In this document: piece after piece, positions 61,137 through 64,000 of the stretch | How the letters are laid out: each line of letters starts with the position of its first letter | How positions within the stretch are numbered: the first letter of the stretch is position 1 | From: an uncultured Pseudomonadota bacterium | GTDB lineage: Bacteria; Myxococcota_A; Polyangia; Fen-1088 | Length of the DNA stretch: 64,000 nucleotides | Direction of reading: 5' to 3' | Assembly: GCA_963847705.1 (NCBI GenBank) | Contig: CAWKBC010000014.1 | Span: forward strand, 192,001-256,000 | The notes under the pieces: generated by a model | The model's database searches: none | What the model was told of the DNA's origin: nothing | The model's input: only the letters and a program-made list of their open reading frames with translations | Program-made: the position numbers and the translations under genes

Positions 61137-64000
61137 ATGTTCGCAGAGTTTTTCATCAAGCGTCCGATCTTCGCGTCGGTGTGCGCGATCGTCATCGTGC
61201 TGGGGGGGGCGGTGAGCATCCCGACGCTGCCCATCGCCCAGTACCCCGAGCTGGCGGCGCCGCAGGTCCAGGTGCAGAGCGTCTACGTCGGCGCGAGCGC
61301 GCGGGCGGTGGAGTCGGCCGTCACCACGCCGCTCGAGCAGCAGATCAACGGCGCCGAAGGGATGCGCTACCTCACCTCGACCAGCGGCAGCGACGGCACC
61401 AGCAGCATCACCGCCACCTTCGACGTCGGGCGGGACAAGGATCTGGCGGCCGTGGAGGTGCAGAACCGGGTCAACACCGCGCTGCCCCGGCTCCCCGCCG
61501 AGGTGAAGAACACCGGGGTCACGGTCCTCAAGACCTCCCCCGCAATCGTGATCGCGGCGGGCTTTTATTCCGACGACAACTCGCTCAGCAACATCTTCAT
61601 CAGCAACTACCTGGATCTCTACGTGCGCGACGAGATCAAGCGCATCCCCGGCACGGCCGACGTGACGATCTTCGGCGAGCGCAAGTACGCCATGCGTCTC
61701 TGGCTCGATCCGGTGCGGCTCACCGCCCGTGGGCTGACCGCCTCCGACGTGGTGGCGGCGCTGCGCGAGCAGAACGCCATCATCGCGGCGGGCCAGGTCG
61801 GCCGCCCCCCGGCGCCGGCGGGGCAGACCTTCCAGATCAGCGTCAGCGTGGCCGGGCGGCTGACCGATCCACACGAGTTCGAGCAGCTGGTGCTCAAGCG
61901 CACCGCCAACGGCGGGCTGGTGCTGCTGCGCGACGTCGGCACCGCGGAGCTGGGGGCCGAAGACTATTCTCTGAACCTCCGCTTCGACGGCCGCGACGCC
62001 GTCGGGTTTGGGGTGTTTCAACAGCCCGACGCCAACGCCCTGCAGCTGGAGGCCGCCATCCGGGCGACGCTGAGCCGCCTGGCCGTCACCTTTCCGCCCT
62101 CGATGAAGTACGAGATCGCCTTCAATCCGACCACCGCGGTGCGCGAATCGATCCGCGAGGTGGTGAAGACCCTGCTCGAGGCGATCGTGCTGGTCATCGT
62201 GGTCATCTTCCTGTTCCTCCAGGACTGGCGCGCCACCGTCATTCCCGCCGTCACCATCCCGGTGTCGCTGGTCGGGACCTTCACCTTCATCAAGGCGTTC
62301 GGATTTTCGATCAACACGCTCACGTTGTTCGGGATCGTTCTGGCCACCGGGTTGGTGGTCGACGACGCCATCGTCGTGGTCGAGAACATCGCCCGCAACC
62401 TCGGCGAGACGCGGGGCGACGCACACGCCGCCGCCACCCGGGCGATGGGCGAGGTGGCGGGTGCGGTGATCGCCACCTCGCTGGTGCTGATCGCGGTGTT
62501 CGTACCGGTGGCGTTTCTCTCCGGCACGACCGGGCGCCTCTATCGACAGTTCTCACTGACCATCGCGTTCTCCGTCGCCATCTCGGCCTTCAACGCGCTG
62601 ACGCTGTCGCCCGCGCTGGCCGCCCTCTTGCTGCGCGCCGAGCGGGAGCATCACTTCGCGCTCTTCCGCTGGTTCAACCGCGGGTTCGACGCCACCCGCG
62701 AGCACTACCGTCGCGCGCTCGGGTGGCTGCTTCACCATCTCCGGTGGGTGGGCGCCGCCTTCGTGGCCGGCCTGGCCCTGACCTTCCTGGTGTTCCGCCT
62801 GGTTCCCACCGGGTTCGTCCCCGACGAAGATCAGAATTATTTCATCGTGCAGATGATCGGGCCACAGGGCGCGTCGCTCGACTACATGACCACCGTTGCC
62901 AAGCAGGTGGAGGCGCGGCTCAAGAGCCGAGACGAGGTCCGGCACGTCTTCTCGGTGCTGGGGTTCAACTTCGCCGGCAACAGCGCCAACCGCGCCATCA
63001 TCTTCGCCAGCCTGTCGCCGGTCGGGGAGCGCGCAGGGAGCGCACATTCCGCCCAGGCGGTGATCGCCGACATGCAGCGAAAGCTGGGCGCGATCACGGG
63101 CGCGATCGTGGTCCCCTTCCTGCCGCCGCCGATCCAGGGGCAGGGCTCGACGGGCGGCTTCACCTTCGAGCTGCTCGACAAGGGCGGCGGCACCGATTTC
63201 AGCACACTGGCCGAAGCGAGCCAGGGGCTGACCGCCGAGGCGATGCGCAGCGGTCGGATCGGTGGCCTCTTCTCCACCTTCAGCGTCGACGATCCCCAGC
63301 TGCAGGTGACGATCGATCGTGAGAAGGCCAAGAGCATCGGCGTGTCGATCGGTCAGGTCGCCGACGCGCTCGGCGTTTACCTCGGGTCACAGTACGTGAA
63401 CGACTTCGACTTCGGCCCCCGCGGCTACCGCGTCTACGCGCAGGCCGCGGCCGCCTACCGCGATCAGCCGCGCGACATCGGCGAGCTCTACGTCCGGTCG
63501 GAGGCCGGCGCGCTCGTCTCGCTCGACAATCTGGTGCGCGTGAAGACCGGCTCGGGCCCGCCGGTGATCAGCCACTACAACCTGTACCGCTCCATCGAGC
63601 TGGCAGGGACGCCGACGCCGGGCACCTCCAGCGGCCAGGCCATCACCGCCATGGAGACGGCGGCGCACAACGTGCTGCCCGCCGACCTGGGCTTCGAATG
63701 GTCCGGGATCTCCTGGGAAGAGGTGCGCGCCGGAAGCCAGGCGCTGGTGATCTTCGCCCTGGGCCTGACCTTCGTGTTCCTGGTGCTCTCGGCCCAGTAC
63801 GAGAGCTTCACGCTGCCGTTCATCATCATCCTCGCCGTACCGCTGGCGCTCCTGGGAGCGCTGGTCGCCCAGAAGCTGCGGGGGCTGAGCAACGACGTCT
63901 TCTGCCAGATCGGTCTGCTGATGCTGATCGGTCTGGCCAGCAAGAACGCGATCCTGATCGTCGAGTTCGCCGAGCAGCTGCGCGCCAAGGGCGGCTCCGC
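61137..64000 (+). CDS. RND efflux permease, HAE1/AcrB family (3' partial)
   Basis: MFAEFFIKRPIFA, LPIAQYP, GLVVDDAIVVVEN, KNAILIVEFA. Frame runs off the window. Confidence 0.95.
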   Translation, partial: MFAEFFIKRPIFASVCAIVIVLGGAVSIPTLPIAQYPELAAPQVQVQSVYVGASARAVESAVTTPLEQQINGAEGMRYLTSTSGSDGTSSITATFDVGRDKDLAAVEVQNRVNTALPRLPAEVKNTGVTVLKTSPAIVIAAGFYSDDNSLSNIFISNYLDLYVRDEIKRIPGTADVTIFGERKYAMRLWLDPVRLTARGLTASDVVAALREQNAIIAAGQVGRPPAPAGQTFQISVSVAGRLTDPHEFEQLVLKRTANGGLVLLRDVGTAELGAEDYSLNLRFDGRDAVGFGVFQQPDANALQLEAAIRATLSRLAVTFPPSMKYEIAFNPTTAVRESIREVVKTLLEAIVLVIVVIFLFLQDWRATVIPAVTIPVSLVGTFTFIKAFGFSINTLTLFGIVLATGLVVDDAIVVVENIARNLGETRGDAHAAATRAMGEVAGAVIATSLVLIAVFVPVAFLSGTTGRLYRQFSLTIAFSVAISAFNALTLSPALAALLLRAEREHHFALFRWFNRGFDATREHYRRALGWLLHHLRWVGAAFVAGLALTFLVFRLVPTGFVPDEDQNYFIVQMIGPQGASLDYMTTVAKQVEARLKSRDEVRHVFSVLGFNFAGNSANRAIIFASLSPVGERAGSAHSAQAVIADMQRKLGAITGAIVVPFLPPPIQGQGSTGGFTFELLDKGGGTDFSTLAEASQGLTAEAMRSGRIGGLFSTFSVDDPQLQVTIDREKAKSIGVSIGQVADALGVYLGSQYVNDFDFGPRGYRVYAQAAAAYRDQPRDIGELYVRSEAGALVSLDNLVRVKTGSGPPVISHYNLYRSIELAGTPTPGTSSGQAITAMETAAHNVLPADLGFEWSGISWEEVRAGSQALVIFALGLTFVFLVLSAQYESFTLPFIIILAVPLALLGALVAQKLRGLSNDVFCQIGLLMLIGLASKNAILIVEFAEQLRAKGGS

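Noticed and set aside
61181-63322. 713-aa plus-strand ORF
   Set aside because: Off-frame shadow of the RND permease starting at 61137.

Overview
High-GC bacterial DNA. The gene content (many lipoproteins with Gly/Thr tethers, Cys-rich repeats, FecR-TPR anti-sigmas, TonB_C-fused receptor) suggests Myxococcota/Polyangia; this is an inference. The left third (1-18.8 kb) is an accessory signalling region. It has two inverted paralogous modules (putative OM protein - ECF sigma - FecR/TPR anti-sigma), a lipoprotein - ECF - zinc anti-sigma - secreted caspase operon, a lipoprotein ending in 11 GFF-containing Gly repeats beside an HTTM/SdpAB-like membrane enzyme, and a surface metallophosphoesterase. 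The middle holds MFS transporters, a GH13, a patatin, GT4s, a squalene synthase-hpnA-flavin oxidoreductase-Omp85-HpnL/GT4 triterpenoid-modification cluster and a TonB receptor-ExbBD-TonB operon. The right part has GH28-like and CE15 lipoproteins, aceE-aceF-lpdA, ahcY with a promoter and operator-like palindrome, WD40 and PEBP lipoproteins, a GT-C-like protein and an RND efflux pair. The RND pair is separated by three 72-bp hairpin repeats that also form a coupled 74-codon ORF. Several single-base frameshifts, including two in lpdA, look like sequencing errors. No rRNA, tRNA, CRISPR array or transposase was seen. All product calls come from motif recognition, not database searches.
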